Positions 10,964 through 20,757 of a DNA stretch of 64,000 nucleotides are shown here, piece after piece. The stretch is from an uncultured Lactobacillus sp. (GTDB lineage: Bacteria > Bacillota > Bacilli > Lactobacillales > Lactobacillaceae), in contig CANRQR010000003.1 of the NCBI GenBank assembly GCA_947641735.1, positions 8,392-72,391 of the forward strand, given 5' to 3'. Each line of letters opens with the position of its first letter. Positions within the stretch are counted from its first letter, which is position 1. The notes under the pieces are model-generated. The model saw only the letters and a program-made list of their open reading frames with translations. It did not search any database and was not told where the DNA came from. The position numbers and the translations under genes are program-made.

Positions 10964-11993
10964 AGTTAGATTGATTTTGTTTTTTCATTACCATGCTATT
11001 ACTCGGATGGTGAATTGAATTTTTTAGTAATTGGCTAGTGATAGAAATAGGAACTGCATCAGAGGTTAATCCGACAACTACTGCAAGAGCAAATACTAAA
11101 GTATTTTCCCAGTTGCCATGCATCATACTACTAATTACTAAAAACAAAGGAACAATAACTGCAGCTAGAATTAAAAATACTCTTGTTAAATTTCTGGTAT
11201 CTAAATTAAACACGTGCTTCTTTAATTCCATCTTGGAAATATTTTGAGATAATTTTCCAAAAATAGTCTCTTTTCCAGTCGCAAATACTACTCCAACTCC
11301 AGAACCAGAGATAATTCTGGTACCTGCGTATAAAATATTGGCATAGTCTACATAACCATGATTGTTTCTCTGACCTAAAGAAGTAATTTCACTCTTATAT
11401 ACTGGATTATCTTCATCCATAAAGAAATCGGCTGAACAAATTATATTATTATTCTTTAAAATTCTTACATCTGCCGGAACCACTTCTCCAGCTTGTAACA
11501 AGATAATATCCCCAGCCACTAACTCTTTAGTTGCCAACTCTTGTGGCATGCAGTCGCGCATAACTTTAGTAGTAGGCGATATTTTATGTAGTAAATTTTG
11601 AATAGCCGCTCTAATTTTGATATTTTGAATGAAACTTAATATTCCAGAAATAGCTAAAACTAAAATAATTAAAACAGGTGTATCTAAATTATGAACTTTT
11701 AATTTATAGTTAAGCATAATAGATACAATTGCTAAGCCTAAAAGAATACTTGTAAAAGGCGTCATAAATGCTTCACATAAAAATTGAAGTCTAGTATTTT
11801 TAGGTTTATTTACAATTTCGTTAGGACCATTTTTTGCTAAGCGTTGCCTCGCATCTTTAGTTTGAAGGCCACTAATTGAGGTTTTTAATCGTTGCAGTGT
11901 TGCAAATTTATCTTCGCATGCAATCCGGCGCACCAGCTTGGTGTCTGTAGTATGTCTTTTGCCGGAAGTGTTGATTTTTAACATCTTCAACAT
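10962..11993 (-). CDS. Truncated, degenerate MgtA-like P-type ATPase (N-terminal, A domain and TM1-4 only)
   Basis: GL..RLAKNGPNEI, LVAGDIILLQAGEVVPADVR, GVVFATGKETIFG; ends before DKTGT; start may be ATG 11984. Confidence 0.75.
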   Translation of the reverse strand: MLKMLKINTSGKRHTTDTKLVRRIACEDKFATLQRLKTSISGLQTKDARQRLAKNGPNEIVNKPKNTRLQFLCEAFMTPFTSILLGLAIVSIMLNYKLKVHNLDTPVLIILVLAISGILSFIQNIKIRAAIQNLLHKISPTTKVMRDCMPQELATKELVAGDIILLQAGEVVPADVRILKNNNIICSADFFMDEDNPVYKSEITSLGQRNNHGYVDYANILYAGTRIISGSGVGVVFATGKETIFGKLSQNISKMELKKHVFNLDTRNLTRVFLILAAVIVPLFLVISSMMHGNWENTLVFALAVVVGLTSDAVPISITSQLLKNSIHHPSNSMVMKKQNQSN

Positions 11994-12019
11994 CCTTTCT
12001 TAAGAACCTAGCAAACAAA

Positions 12020-12050
12020 CAAAAAGCCGATGCAAAAACTGCATCGGCTT
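12020..12050 (-). terminator. Expression-platform terminator of the M-box riboswitch
   Basis: aagccgatgca/tgcatcggctt stem followed by U-run on - strand. Confidence 0.8.
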
Positions 12051-12065
12051 AAATCCAAGCGATTT

Positions 12066-12230
12066 TTATACTCGTCGTTCAGTTTTAACACTACGTGACG
12101 TAAGGTTATTTAACATAACTAGCTGGCTGGGGAGGGCCTTATATCGACGATCCCTGTTTGACCCGTTGGCATCTCTGGATGTTGCTGGGCGACAGCATGT
12201 GTTCACGTAGGAGTCTCACCTAACAGTTTA
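12066..12230 (-). ncRNA. M-box (ykoK) Mg2+ riboswitch
   Basis: - strand GTTAGGTGAGACTCCT...TGCTGTCGCCCA...GATGCCAACGGGTC...ATCGTCGATATAAGG...AGTGTTAAAACT..ACGA closely follows the ykoK leader; upstream of an Mg-ATPase homolog. Confidence 0.92.
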
Positions 12231-12290
12231 TTTGCTCTAATATTTAATTTCTATTGATACTTTAACGGCTAACTAGCTTTTAGTCAAGCC

Positions 12291-12878
12291 CTAATGTGGC
12301 TTTCGCGTGCTTTTGAATAAAACTAATCCAAAACTAATTAAAGCTGCAATCACTAATCCCCAAACTAAACTTACACTTTGTGGATGATCAATTTTTTGTA
12401 ACTCTTCTTGCGTCAAAGAATTTTTATCATAAGATAACTTATCTTTTTGGGCAATTAAAGTTGCACAGGCATTAAAAACTAATCGAATTCCTGAGTTGAA
12501 GCTTGATTTTTTCTCACTTCTTAATTTATCGCCTGCATATCGAATAATGTTGCTACACTTATTTTGTGTCAAAACATCTTGGTAATTTTTACCAACAAGA
12601 ATTTGAACATTTTTTCTTTTATTTTGTAATGCAGCTACAATAATTACCTGATTTTTCATCGGCCTAATTTTATTTATATCATTACTATTTTTTAGACTTA
12701 AAAGCCGAATCTCAGGTTTATTTTTTGTTTTTTGATACTCTTTATTTTTTTGAGTTACTAATTCTTTAGTTTGGTTATTAAATAAATTTTGCAGATCACT
12801 AACAAAAGAAGTTGTACTAGCAGTAAATAGTAAAAAAGAAATTAGGAGTATTCCAAAACTGATAAACTTATTTTTCAT
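12291..12878 (-). CDS. Membrane-anchored protein, degenerate TPM-like domain
   Basis: Signal peptide, FVSD...QILVG...FNSGIRLVF pattern, C-terminal TM helix. Confidence 0.5.
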   Translation of the reverse strand: MKNKFISFGILLISFLLFTASTTSFVSDLQNLFNNQTKELVTQKNKEYQKTKNKPEIRLLSLKNSNDINKIRPMKNQVIIVAALQNKRKNVQILVGKNYQDVLTQNKCSNIIRYAGDKLRSEKKSSFNSGIRLVFNACATLIAQKDKLSYDKNSLTQEELQKIDHPQSVSLVWGLVIAALISFGLVLFKSTRKPH

Positions 12879-13356
12879 TATCCGTCTTCTCTAACCTCTC
12901 AGCTAAGCTTTGAACATATTTATGATCTAGCGTTACTTGTTCAATCGCCACACCCTTTTCACGCAGTAACTTGAGTGCTAACGGATTATCATGATAATCA
13001 TAATAATAGTTAATTTTCTTAATACCAGCCTGAACTAGGCATTTGCTGCAATTAAAGCAAGGAAAATAAGTCACGTAGATTTCAGTACCTTCAGTTGAAA
13101 TACCATTTTTAGCACACTGAATTAAGGCATTCATTTCTGAGTGAATAGTTCTAACACAGTGTCCATCAACCATTAAGTGACCAACGTCATCACAATGAGG
13201 TTGTCCAGAAACACTTCCATTATAACCAGTGGCAATCATCCGGTCGTCCTTGACCAACACACTTCCCACTAGGGCTCGGTCACAAGTTGAGCGCTGTGCA
13301 ATAACTAACGCCTGCATCATAAAATATTGCTTCCACGGAATCCTGTCTCTTGTCAT
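12868..13356 (-). CDS. comEB: dCMP deaminase (ComEB family)
   Basis: RSTC, ATGYNG, HSEMNA, PCFNC Zn motifs. Confidence 0.85.
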   Translation of the reverse strand: MTRDRIPWKQYFMMQALVIAQRSTCDRALVGSVLVKDDRMIATGYNGSVSGQPHCDDVGHLMVDGHCVRTIHSEMNALIQCAKNGISTEGTEIYVTYFPCFNCSKCLVQAGIKKINYYYDYHDNPLALKLLREKGVAIEQVTLDHKYVQSLAERLEKTDNEK

Positions 13357-13375
13357 CAGTCTTACCCTCTTTAAA

Positions 13376-14404
13376 TTATTTATTTAACCTATCAAAATAA
13401 TTTAAACCAATTGCTTCTCTAACTTCTTGTAAAGTTTGGTTAGCAACTTCATTTGCCTTCTTTGATCCCTCTAGTAACATTTCGTATACAGCATCTGGAT
13501 CTTGAGCAAACTTCTCTCTACGCTCTCTAATTGGCCCAAGTTCTTCTTCAAGAACCTTATTCAAGTAGCGTTTAATTTTAACGTCCCCTAAGCCACCTTT
13601 TTGATATTGTTCCTTAAGTTCAGCCACCTTATCTTTATCTGGTGCAAAAACATCAAGATAAGTAAAGACAGTATTACCCTCTACTTGACCAGGATCTTCA
13701 ACATGAATATGGTTTGGATCCGTGTACATTGACATAACTTTCTTTTGTACAGTCTTTGCATCATCGGACAAGTAAATTGCATTTCCAAGTGATTTAGACA
13801 TTTTTGCATTTCCATCTAAACCTGGAAGTCTACCTTGTCCCTTTGGTGGGAAGTAACCCTTTGGTTCAACTAAAATATCAGTGTTATAAACTCTATTAAA
13901 AGTACGAACAATTTCTCTAGTTTGTTCAAGCATTGGTTCTTGATCATCCCCAACTGGAATTACTGTTGCTTTAAAAGCAGTAATGTCTGCTGCCTGAGAA
14001 ACTGGGTAGTTTAAGAAACCAACTGGAATTGAATCTTTAAAGTTCTTTTGCTTAATTTCAGTTTTAACAGTTGGATTTCTTTCTAGACGTGCAACTGTTA
14101 CCAAATCCATGTAATAAGCAGTTAATTCAAAAAGAGCAGGGATTTGTGATTGCACATAGATAGTAGACTTTTCAGGATCTAGTCCAACAGCTAAATAGTC
14201 TAAAGCTACTTGAATTAAGCTATTCTTAATTTTTTCAGGATCTCTAGCATTATCAGTTAGCGCTTGAGTGTCCGCAATCATAATATAAGGCTCATATTTA
14301 CCTTCATTTTGTAATTTTACACGGTTTTTTAAGGAGCCAATATAGTGACCAATATGAAGTTTTCCGGTTGGTCTATCCCCAGTTAATAAAATTTCCTTTG
14401 TCAT
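13376..14404 (-). CDS. trpS: Tryptophanyl-tRNA synthetase
   Basis: [32 protein letters not shown]. Confidence 0.96.
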   Translation of the reverse strand: MTKEILLTGDRPTGKLHIGHYIGSLKNRVKLQNEGKYEPYIMIADTQALTDNARDPEKIKNSLIQVALDYLAVGLDPEKSTIYVQSQIPALFELTAYYMDLVTVARLERNPTVKTEIKQKNFKDSIPVGFLNYPVSQAADITAFKATVIPVGDDQEPMLEQTREIVRTFNRVYNTDILVEPKGYFPPKGQGRLPGLDGNAKMSKSLGNAIYLSDDAKTVQKKVMSMYTDPNHIHVEDPGQVEGNTVFTYLDVFAPDKDKVAELKEQYQKGGLGDVKIKRYLNKVLEEELGPIRERREKFAQDPDAVYEMLLEGSKKANEVANQTLQEVREAIGLNYFDRLNK

Positions 14405-14538
14405 ATTTTTTCTCCAATATATCTGTAATCTTTAGCTTTACCTCCAATTCTAGCAAAAATCCTTATTTGTTTAAACTTACCTAAAAGTTGCTAAAATTAA
14501 ATTGAGAGAAAAATTACATAAAGAAAGGATGAATAGAG

Positions 14539-15150
14539 ATGTGTAGTCATTATGAAATGCCATCGCTTAAAGAAATTAAGACATATCTAAAAACTGATTT
14601 AGAATTACCACTAGTTGTATCAAAAAACATTGAAGACAAATTTGAATCTGTTACTCAAATTTATCCTAAATCTCCATCTTTAGTTATGCTATATAGCGAT
14701 GACGAACTAAAGTTAGTTGAAAAGAAATGGGGCTATCCAAGTCCATTTAAAAAGAATCGAGTAATTTATAATGCTCGGGTAGAGCGTTTTTATGAAGAAA
14801 AACCATCAATGTGGGATGATTCATTTGCTCGCCAGCGGTGCATTATTTTAGCTAATGAATTCTGGGAAAGTAGTAAGCAAACTTACCTTGCATCAAATAA
14901 CAAAACCTATCATGAACACTCATCTTTTACTGCAAAAGATGAACCGATGGCATTAATTGCTGGTATTTATAAAGGGGATGACTTTTCAATGGTCACTACT
15001 GCTTCTAATGATACTGTGCTTCCAGTTCATGAAAGAATGCCCTTAGTGTTAAAGCCATCTGAATTACGTCGTTGGCTCTTTCAAAATTTTACTTCTCTAC
15101 TTGACCGGTCAGAATATAACCTAGACAGACATCAGTTGCCACATCGTTAG
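14539..15150 (+). CDS. SRAP family abasic-site-processing protein (YedK/HMCES-like)
   Basis: N-terminal Met-Cys, WG, YNARVE, RCII..EFWE, PVHERMP. Confidence 0.88.
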   Translation: MCSHYEMPSLKEIKTYLKTDLELPLVVSKNIEDKFESVTQIYPKSPSLVMLYSDDELKLVEKKWGYPSPFKKNRVIYNARVERFYEEKPSMWDDSFARQRCIILANEFWESSKQTYLASNNKTYHEHSSFTAKDEPMALIAGIYKGDDFSMVTTASNDTVLPVHERMPLVLKPSELRRWLFQNFTSLLDRSEYNLDRHQLPHR

Positions 15151-15176
15151 CAAAATGATATAATCATTTTGCTTAT

Positions 15177-15247
15177 GCGGGTATAGTTTAATGGTAAAAT
15201 GTCAGCTTCCCAAGCTGAAGATGCGGGTTCGATTCACGCTATCCGCT
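15177..15247 (+). tRNA. tRNA-Gly(CCC)
   Basis: Acceptor stem GCGGGTA/TATCCGC, anticodon arm TCAGC-TTCCCAA-GCTGA, TTCGATT loop; CCA not encoded; one G.A mismatch in T-stem. Confidence 0.92.
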
Positions 15248-15253
15248 TATATT

Positions 15254-15288
15254 AAAAACGAGGAACTCTACGAAGTTCCTCGTTTTTT
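15254..15288. terminator. Bidirectional terminator
   Basis: aaaaacgaggaact...agttcctcgttttt. Confidence 0.8.
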
Positions 15289-15289
15289 G

Positions 15290-15952
15290 TTAGGCTAAAA
15301 TCACCATAAAAATTCCATTTAGGATTGCTAAATAAATTGGCATCACGATTCTTTGTGAATATAAGTAAGACCAAGCAAATAGCATCCCATAAAGACTATT
15401 AAGAATAAATAAACTAAATGAAGTTTGAAAATTAAGTATTCCATAGAGAAAGCCTGAACACATAATGCTAACTATACCGCTAACCATATTCTGGGCTCTA
15501 AACCCATAATTAAAGAAAAAGCCTGTTGTTAAATATACTTGCATCGCTGGCAGCAAAAGACCAGTAGAAAATATAAGAAACCAAAATAAAAGATTACATT
15601 CAGCTTTTTGATAAATTATTTGAAAAGACATTAAGGGCACGCTTCCCTTAGCTTGAAGATAGGAAACAAAAATACGTCCTAAAATCACGAGAATGGATAC
15701 ACCAACTATAAATCCATAATCTGCCAATAAAGGCATTGTAGGCCTTTCTTCAAAAAATCGTTGTTCTCGATTAAATTGACGAATATAAAAATATAAAGTA
15801 AACAAGGAACAAAGTAAGAAAAAAAAGTACCCTATTTTATTTACATGATCATTTAATAGAGCTAATTTTTTAACTCCAATTACAATTAAATACAAGACTA
15901 AATAAACAATATATCTAGTCAAATTTCCTTGTCTGGATGATGGCGTATTCAT
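15290..15952 (-). CDS. CPBP (CAAX protease/Abi) family membrane protein, degenerate motifs
   Basis: Multi-TM; LLPAMQVYLTTGFF, FLYGILNF and GMLFAWSY..SQRIVMPIYL correspond to CPBP motifs. Confidence 0.6.
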   Translation of the reverse strand: MNTPSSRQGNLTRYIVYLVLYLIVIGVKKLALLNDHVNKIGYFFFLLCSLFTLYFYIRQFNREQRFFEERPTMPLLADYGFIVGVSILVILGRIFVSYLQAKGSVPLMSFQIIYQKAECNLLFWFLIFSTGLLLPAMQVYLTTGFFFNYGFRAQNMVSGIVSIMCSGFLYGILNFQTSFSLFILNSLYGMLFAWSYLYSQRIVMPIYLAILNGIFMVILA

Positions 15953-16094
15953 GTCTTTTCCCCTTTATATCAATTACTTTCAATTATAGCAAAACATTTA
16001 ATATTAGTTGTACTTCATGAAAAATATATACTTATTGACAACGCTTACTTTGGTGATTAACATGAAATATAAGATAAAAAGAGAGGTAATACTA

Positions 16095-16955
16095 ATGAAC
16101 TTAATTGCAATTGATATTGGCGGAACAACTATTAAAATCGCTACTTGGATAAATCAAAAATTAAAAATGATATTTACCATTGATACGCCAGATAATTTAG
16201 ATACTTTTTATGAGGAATTAACTGATGCAGTTAATGAAATAAAAGCTAATCATAAAATTGATGGTGTAGCAATTTCTTCTCTCGGTGCTGTTAATAAAGC
16301 TACCGGAGTAATTGAAGGAGCAAGTGCCCTACCTTATATTCATAACTTTAAAATCGTACCTGAATTAGAAAAAAGATTTGGTCTACCAGTAAGTATCGAA
16401 AATGATGCAAATTGTGCAGCTCTTGCCGAAATCGCTGACGGAGCAGCTAAAGGATGCAAGAGCATGGCATTTTTAGTTATTGGGACCGGTGTTGGCGGAA
16501 GTATCATTATTAACAATCAAATTTGGCATGGTGCTCATCTCTACGGTGGTGAATTTGGCTTTATGATTATTGATGGTAAGCAGTTAAGCGATCTAGCTTC
16601 ACCTGTTACCATGGCTAAGAGCTACAATAAGAAAACTGGAAAAGATTTTGACGGTAAAACTGTTTTTGAACTCGCAGACACTGATGATCCAATTGCTCAA
16701 GAAGAACGCGAAAAGTTCTTACATGCTCTTGCTGTCGCAATTTTTAATATTCAACACAGTTTTGATCCTGAAAAAATTATTATTGGTGGTGGAATTTCAC
16801 AAAATCCGGAATTAGTTCCACTACTTGATGATGAGATTGCTAAATTAAGAAATAAGATCGAAGTTACGACAATTAAACCAATTTTGGATATTTGTACGTT
16901 AAAAAATGAAGCAAATTTGCGTGGAGCGGTTGCAGATTTTGAAAAAGAGCATTAA
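16095..16955 (+). CDS. ROK family sugar kinase
   Basis: IDIGGT, ENDANCAALAE, GTGVGG, GGEFG; GAGG RBS before ATG 16095. Confidence 0.9.
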   Translation: MNLIAIDIGGTTIKIATWINQKLKMIFTIDTPDNLDTFYEELTDAVNEIKANHKIDGVAISSLGAVNKATGVIEGASALPYIHNFKIVPELEKRFGLPVSIENDANCAALAEIADGAAKGCKSMAFLVIGTGVGGSIIINNQIWHGAHLYGGEFGFMIIDGKQLSDLASPVTMAKSYNKKTGKDFDGKTVFELADTDDPIAQEEREKFLHALAVAIFNIQHSFDPEKIIIGGGISQNPELVPLLDDEIAKLRNKIEVTTIKPILDICTLKNEANLRGAVADFEKEH

Positions 16956-17130
16956 ATTTTATATAGACACTTTTTTATTATTAAATAAATGTGTTTGAAA
17001 GCATCATGAAAAAGGACTGAGGAAACTACCTCAGTCCTTTTTTGTTATCTAATTAAGTAAAAGTATATATTTTAAAATGAAAGTGCTTTACTTCTATTTT
17101 AAATAAGCTTATATTTATACATGTAAAATA

Positions 17131-17144
17131 TGTAAGCGATTGCA
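17131..17144 (+). promoter_or_regulatory. cre site
   Basis: TGTAAGCGATTGCA just upstream of the GH1 RBS. Confidence 0.65.
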
Positions 17145-17157
17145 AAGAGGGAATATT

Positions 17158-18537
17158 ATGAATAAGCAAAAAATGCCTAAAGACTTCTTCTGGGGCAATT
17201 CAGTTTCAAGTATGCAAACTGAAGGCGCCTGGGATGAAGACGGTAAAGGCTTATCAGTTTACGATGTACGACCTGCTACAGAAAATACTACAGACTGGCA
17301 CAGCGCGATTGATGAATACCATCGTTATGATGAGGATTTAGACCTAATGAAAGAAATGAATATGAATATGTATCGTATTCAAATTTCATGGTCAAGAGTT
17401 TGTCCCGAGGGAGACGGGGATTTTAATCCTAAGGGAATTGAATTTTACGACAAATTAGTAAATGCTATGCTTGATCGCGGAATCGAGCCAATGATTTGTC
17501 TTTATCACTTTGACATGCCACTACACCTAGCTAAAGAATACAACGGTTTTATGTCACGCCATGTTGTTGATGCTTTTGTTAGATTCGGCAAAAAGATGAT
17601 TGATCATTTTTCAGATCGAGTTAAGTACTGGATTATTTTCAATGAACACAATCTTTATTTCCAAGATGAAGTATTTAACATCTCCGGTTATGAAAAAGGT
17701 GACAAAATTTTAGATGATATGTATACCATCTTTCACCACACCATGATCAGTCATATTCGATTAGCTAATTACATCCATGAAAAATATGATGATGTAAAAA
17801 TCGGTGGAATGCTTGCCTTCCAACAAATTTATCCTGAAACTTCGAAGTCTACTGATGTTTGGGCAGCAAAACAAATTCAAGAATTTTTGAATTTCAATAT
17901 TTATGATGCAGATACTGGTCGCGGTTATTCACCAGAAGTGATGCAATATGCTAAAGAACATAATATTAGTTGGGATATAACCGAAGATGATAAAGAAGAA
18001 ATGAAAAAAGCAAAAGCTGACTTTTTAGCTTTTAGTTACTATTCTTCTTGGACAGTTTCAGCTGATAAAATTCCTGTTGACGTTGCACCTAACTGTTACA
18101 TGAATTATGGCGGTGTAGAAAACAACTATCTCAAGACAAATGCTTGGGGCTGGACAATTGATCCACTTGGTTTTAGAAACGCTATTACCACTATGTACAA
18201 CCATTACAAGATTCCAGTCTTCCCAATTGAAAACGGAATCGGCCTAAAAGAAACTTGGGATGGTGAGCATATGATCGAAGATGATGAACGTATTGCTTAC
18301 CATGAAGAACATATTAAGGCTATGAAAGATGCCATGTTCTTAGATGGAGCTAAAGTTTTAGGTTATCTAGGCTGGGGATTAATCGACATTCCAAGTTCAC
18401 ATGCCGATATGGAAAAGCGTTACGGTGCTGTTTATGTCAACCGTTCAAATCATGACTTAAAAGATTTAAAACGTGTTCCAAAGAAATCATTTTATTGGTT
18501 CCAAAAAGTATTAAAAGATAATGGAGACGAAATATAA
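17158..18537 (+). CDS. GH1 6-phospho-beta-glucosidase
   Basis: FFWG..QTEG, IFNE, IENG, KRYG. Confidence 0.9.
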   Translation: MNKQKMPKDFFWGNSVSSMQTEGAWDEDGKGLSVYDVRPATENTTDWHSAIDEYHRYDEDLDLMKEMNMNMYRIQISWSRVCPEGDGDFNPKGIEFYDKLVNAMLDRGIEPMICLYHFDMPLHLAKEYNGFMSRHVVDAFVRFGKKMIDHFSDRVKYWIIFNEHNLYFQDEVFNISGYEKGDKILDDMYTIFHHTMISHIRLANYIHEKYDDVKIGGMLAFQQIYPETSKSTDVWAAKQIQEFLNFNIYDADTGRGYSPEVMQYAKEHNISWDITEDDKEEMKKAKADFLAFSYYSSWTVSADKIPVDVAPNCYMNYGGVENNYLKTNAWGWTIDPLGFRNAITTMYNHYKIPVFPIENGIGLKETWDGEHMIEDDERIAYHEEHIKAMKDAMFLDGAKVLGYLGWGLIDIPSSHADMEKRYGAVYVNRSNHDLKDLKRVPKKSFYWFQKVLKDNGDEI

Positions 18538-19943
18538 TGAGCGAACAAAAACAATCAGGCTTTAGTGTGTTTGTTAATAAACGCATACTGCCTCCAGTAA
18601 TGAAATTTGTTAATACTAAGGCTATCCAAGCCTTACAAAATGGTATGATTTATACTTTACCATTTATCCTTATTGGATCTATTTTCTTAATTTTAGGAAA
18701 TATTCCTATTCCAGCCGTAGCTAATGCAATTAATGCTTCCGATTGGGGTGCATTCTTCAACCAAGCCTACACTACTACTTTTAGTATCATGGCTATGTGG
18801 GCAGCAGTTGGTATTGCCTATATTTATGTTAAAAATGAAGGCTATGAACCACTAGCACCCGGTCTTACTTCATTAGCTGCATTCTTAATGCTTCAAACTT
18901 TAACTATTGACAGTCCATTAAAGAATGCCATGGCTAAAGGTATTGACGGTGGAATGAGTGCAAAAGCAGTAACTGAAAATATTGATAAGTTACCACACGC
19001 TTTACAAACATTCTTAGAATCTCCAGTTACAGGAGTATTTAACATTACCTGGCTTGGCGGAGACGGTATGATTGCCGCAATTATTGTTGGTTTATTAGTC
19101 GGCTGGATTTACTCAGCTATTATGAAAAAAGGTTGGACTATTAAGTTACCCGAACAAGTTCCAGCTGCTGTTTCTAACCAATTTACTGCTATGATTCCAT
19201 CAGGAATTATCTTAATTGGTACTATGCTTATTTACGCAGGCTTTAAGTTAACTACTGGTTCAGACTTCTTACAATGGACCTACCAGACTCTTCAAATTCC
19301 ACTTCAAGGTATTTCAGATTCACTTGGTGGTGCCATCGCTATTGGATTCTTAGTACCATTCTTCTGGTTCTTTGGTGTTCACGGTGGTTTAATTGTTGGT
19401 TCTCTTGCTGGCCCTATGCTTCAAGCTAACTCTTTTGATAATGCTCAATTGTACAAAGCTGGTAAATTAACCATTGCCAATGGTGCTCACGTTGTTACTA
19501 ACGAATTCTACAACAACTTTATTAACTTGACTGGTTCAGGTATCACTATTGGTTTAATTATCTTTATTTTAATTGCTGCTAAATCAGCACAATTACGTTC
19601 AATCGGTAAAGTTGAATTAGTTCCTGGTATCTTTAACATTAACGAACCATTCCTATTCGGTTTACCTATTGTTATGAACCCATTCTTAGCAATTCCATTC
19701 TTCTTAACACCAGTTGTAGTTGCTATCTCAACTTACTTCGTAATTAGAACTGGTATTGTTCCCCCTCTTAATGGTTTTGCTTGTCCGTGGACAATGCCAG
19801 CTGTTATCTCCGGTTTCCTAATTGGTGGCTGGAAGATGGCAATTTGGCAAGCATGTACATTAGTTATTTCAACTTTGATCTACTGGCCATTTGCTAGAAA
19901 GTACGACAAGATCTTAGTCCAAAGGGAAGCTGAAGGTAAATAA
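18537..19943 (+). CDS. PTS cellobiose/lactose-family EIIC
   Basis: WFFGVHG, PGIFNINEPFLFGLPIVMNP. Confidence 0.92.
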   Translation: MSEQKQSGFSVFVNKRILPPVMKFVNTKAIQALQNGMIYTLPFILIGSIFLILGNIPIPAVANAINASDWGAFFNQAYTTTFSIMAMWAAVGIAYIYVKNEGYEPLAPGLTSLAAFLMLQTLTIDSPLKNAMAKGIDGGMSAKAVTENIDKLPHALQTFLESPVTGVFNITWLGGDGMIAAIIVGLLVGWIYSAIMKKGWTIKLPEQVPAAVSNQFTAMIPSGIILIGTMLIYAGFKLTTGSDFLQWTYQTLQIPLQGISDSLGGAIAIGFLVPFFWFFGVHGGLIVGSLAGPMLQANSFDNAQLYKAGKLTIANGAHVVTNEFYNNFINLTGSGITIGLIIFILIAAKSAQLRSIGKVELVPGIFNINEPFLFGLPIVMNPFLAIPFFLTPVVVAISTYFVIRTGIVPPLNGFACPWTMPAVISGFLIGGWKMAIWQACTLVISTLIYWPFARKYDKILVQREAEGK

Positions 19944-19989
19944 TTTTTTCAGCTATTAACTAACACTTATGATCAAAATCGTGCTATAA

Positions 19990-20021
19990 TGTAAATGCTT
20001 TCAATGATGAAAGTGCATACA
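19990..20021 (+). promoter_or_regulatory. Two cre-like sites after an extended -10 (TGcTATAAT), upstream of EIIB
   Basis: TGTAAATGCTTTCA (19990-20003) and TGAAAGTGCATACA (20008-20021). Confidence 0.5.
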
Positions 20022-20091
20022 TTTAATTTATAGATCAACACTCTAACACTGAAAAACACTTAATTATATTTACAAAAAGGAGATAATTATT

Positions 20092-20415
20092 ATGGCAGAT
20101 AAAACTATTATGTTAGCTTGTTCAGCAGGTATGTCAACTTCACTTTTAGTATCAAAGATGCAAAACGCAGCTAAAGAAAAAGGTAAGGACTACAAGATCT
20201 TTGCTACTGCAGCATCAGGTATTCAAGATGAAATTGATAATGAACACCCAGATGTATTAATGCTTGGACCTCAAGTTCAATACATGGAAGACAGTGTTAA
20301 AAAGATTACTGATGAAGCAGGCATCCCATTAGCAGTTATTAACATGCAAGACTACGGTATGATGAATGGTGAGCATGTTCTTGAAACTGCTCAAGAATTA
20401 ATGGGCGATAAATAG
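20092..20415 (+). CDS. PTS cellobiose-family EIIB
   Basis: LACSAGMSTSLL, LGPQV. Confidence 0.93.
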   Translation: MADKTIMLACSAGMSTSLLVSKMQNAAKEKGKDYKIFATAASGIQDEIDNEHPDVLMLGPQVQYMEDSVKKITDEAGIPLAVINMQDYGMMNGEHVLETAQELMGDK

Positions 20416-20419
20416 TTAA

Positions 20420-20668
20420 ATGAACGACGAAGTAAAAATTGTTAACGAATTTGATCGTAACGGTCATCACTTTAAAATTGGGGTCAGCGCAGATGGACAA
20501 GTTTCTATTTATTTAGATAATGAAACTAAAGCTCATCATGGCTATCATTTTCCAGGTATTATCCAAGTCCCTAAAGGTCTTGAGATAGACGGACAAATGC
20601 TACTGCAATTACCAATTGATTGTGATGCAGCAATTGATCAAGGAATTCAAGAATTAAAACAAAAATAA
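20420..20668 (+). CDS. Small hypothetical protein inside the PTS operon
   Basis: 82-aa soluble ORF tightly packed between EIIB and EIIA. Confidence 0.7.
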   Translation: MNDEVKIVNEFDRNGHHFKIGVSADGQVSIYLDNETKAHHGYHFPGIIQVPKGLEIDGQMLLQLPIDCDAAIDQGIQELKQK

Positions 20669-20757
20669 TTTATGGGAGATGCTTGCTGACATAGTAAAAT
20701 AAATAATTGTCAGGAGCATCTTTTATTTTAAAAATACTATCTAGGAGAATTAAAATT

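Noticed and set aside
14405-14538. Expected LexA box for the SRAP gene or T-box for trpS
   Set aside because: No GAAC-N4-GTTC and no GGTGGNACC motif in this short intergenic region
19960-20062. Four AACACT hexamers upstream of EIIB
   Set aside because: Short, irregularly spaced and in AT-rich DNA; compatible with chance
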